Part shown: positions 36,424 through 37,575 of the stretch, piece after piece
How positions within the stretch are numbered: the stretch's first letter is position 1
Layout: each line of letters begins with the position of its first letter
Origin: Candidatus Subterrananammoxibius californiae
GTDB lineage: Bacteria > Planctomycetota > Brocadiia > Brocadiales > Subterrananammoxibiaceae
DNA: 37,575 nt
NCBI GenBank assembly: GCA_030586555.1
Contig: JAURAC010000031.1
Span: forward strand, 1 to 37,575
Direction: 5' to 3'
Notes under the pieces: model-generated
What the model was told of the DNA's origin: nothing
Databases searched by the model: none
Seen by the model: only the letters and a program-made list of their open reading frames with translations
Made by a program: the position numbers and the translations under genes

Positions 36424-36643
36424 TCGTTATCCCCAATCATAGAAAATTATAGACCAATAAAAGAGCCGATGATGAGAATTGTAGTAAAAAGAAGAGAAGA
36501 AAGCAAGGTAGAAAAAGCAAAGGTGTTCCGTCGCCAAAGGCTAAGGACATCAAAGGCTGGAGAGGTAAAAAGGCTTCGACCTGAGCTCAGCCGAAGGTTG
36601 ACGTTTGAATCAAACTTAATTTCCTTGAATGGGGATAATAGAA

Positions 36644-36670
36644 GTAGGGGTGGGGTTACCCCACCCCTAC
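36644..36670. repeat. GTAG-type REP-like palindrome, intergenic
   Basis: gtaggggtggggttaccccacccctac, nearly identical to the intragenic copy at 10397-10423. Confidence 0.85.
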
Positions 36671-36708
36671 AGTGGCGCTTTATCTCAAACCGCTAACCTA
36701 TTTGGCGC

Positions 36709-37575
36709 TTAACGTGAGCACGCCTCAGTAGCTATTAAGGTTAGTTCTTTGAGACTTCCCTTCCTGTCCCACTTCTCCTCAAATTCTTCTTCAACGCAGA
36801 GGCATGGGCCATCTGTAATGGATACACAGGTCCTAACAGGATTAGAGACGCAGGTCTTAAGGTCTACATTCTCCAGACGAAGTTTGAGCCAACCCATATT
36901 GCAATTAATTATAAGTTCATACGTAGATGATTCGGTACGGAACTTCGTCCTGCTACTGTTAGATTGTAGCAAGCTGCCGGGGATGGTTATCGGGTTACAA
37001 CCAACCAGCTCTAAAACTATCTCCTCCGCACCTGTCTTTAGTGCCTCACAGAAGCATTCATCTATCACACACAACTCTATGAAAGCCTCATCGCTTGATT
37101 CCCTTCTGTAGTTAAACTTAATTCTTGACTTTCTAAAGTAGGTTGTATCTTTACACTCAACGATAGAGACACAATCCAGGTCGAAGCGAATGCGGCCAAC
37201 CGCATTGGTTCCCCTTGCCAGATAGTAAAGGTTGCCATCCGGACCCACGTCGAGGTCTACAGGGTTACCGGCGTCTGTTGCAAAAACTGTAACATCGTTG
37301 CCCTGGTTTGGATCAAGCATCCTGATCCAGCTTGAGCACCAGTCTGCAAAAAAGTAAACGCCCTGATAGTAAGCAGGAAAATTAGTGTTCTGTGGACTAA
37401 AGAAAGTGCCTCCTGTAACCGCGCAGCCCGCTGCGTGGCTATAGTAATAGATAGGGTTTACAAAATTAGGATTGCCTGTAGGACCTTCCACCCGGGGCCA
37501 TCCGTAGTTGGCTCCCGGAATTCCGTCGTTAATCTCTTCGTATAAGCCACTACCCACATCGTTGATAAAGATACG
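36709..37575 (-). CDS. Second PQQ-dependent sugar dehydrogenase-like paralogue, 5' truncated by window edge
   Basis: Frame open to 37575 (RIFINDVGSG..GANYGWP..VDLDVGPDGNLYY). Shares the Cys-rich C-terminal domain with 34465-36423. Confidence 0.88.
   Translation of the reverse strand, partial: RIFINDVGSGLYEEINDGIPGANYGWPRVEGPTGNPNFVNPIYYYSHAAGCAVTGGTFFSPQNTNFPAYYQGVYFFADWCSSWIRMLDPNQGNDVTVFATDAGNPVDLDVGPDGNLYYLARGTNAVGRIRFDLDCVSIVECKDTTYFRKSRIKFNYRRESSDEAFIELCVIDECFCEALKTGAEEIVLELVGCNPITIPGSLLQSNSSRTKFRTESSTYELIINCNMGWLKLRLENVDLKTCVSNPVRTCVSITDGPCLCVEEEFEEKWDRKGSLKELTLIATEACSR

Noticed and set aside
908..36670. CRISPR array or integron attC array interpretation of the repeats
   Set aside because: There are no regularly spaced identical repeats with unique spacers, no cas or intI gene, and no consistent attC core sites.
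36400..36696. 98-aa ORF between the dehydrogenase paralogues (and the similar 2526-2744 ORF)
   Set aside because: Composed largely of repeat-derived sequence on the strand opposite the flanking genes, so likely spurious.

Overview
A 37.6 kb bacterial chromosomal window, probably from an anammox-type planctomycete (Ca. Brocadiales-like). That assignment is inferred from gene content and repeat types and was not verified. It is mostly housekeeping: lolE (partial), yidD, rnpA, lolD, ilvE, lspA, a dksA-like gene, apgM, mlaEFDCA, an aspartate aminotransferase, a glcD-like gene, two CNNM genes, tRNA-Ser(GGA), wrbA, a large SRP RNA, dnaX-ybaB-recR, rpoN, an M16 peptidase homologue and two tandem PQQ/aldose-sugar dehydrogenase-like genes. 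Three things stand out. (1) A co-oriented cluster with a SigH/SigR-like ECF sigma and a zinc anti-sigma (HMA protein, TVP38/DedA, disulfide oxidoreductase, DUF547) ends in a radical SAM/SPASM enzyme fused to an ArsM-type As(III) methyltransferase. It is a candidate organoarsenical pathway. (2) Small repeats are dense: 7/8-nt-period arrays in inverted pairs and several REP-like palindrome families lie between genes and in frame inside many genes. (3) A 721-bp toxin-antitoxin-like cassette is bounded by a gapless 98-bp direct repeat. The part of the repeat that copies the glcD end is 55/56 identical, while its heptamer-array part is strongly diverged. With a four-helix-bundle gene preceded by a similar array, this suggests an uncharacterised repeat-linked mobility or diversification system. 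All family calls come from motif recognition by eye; no database searches were run.
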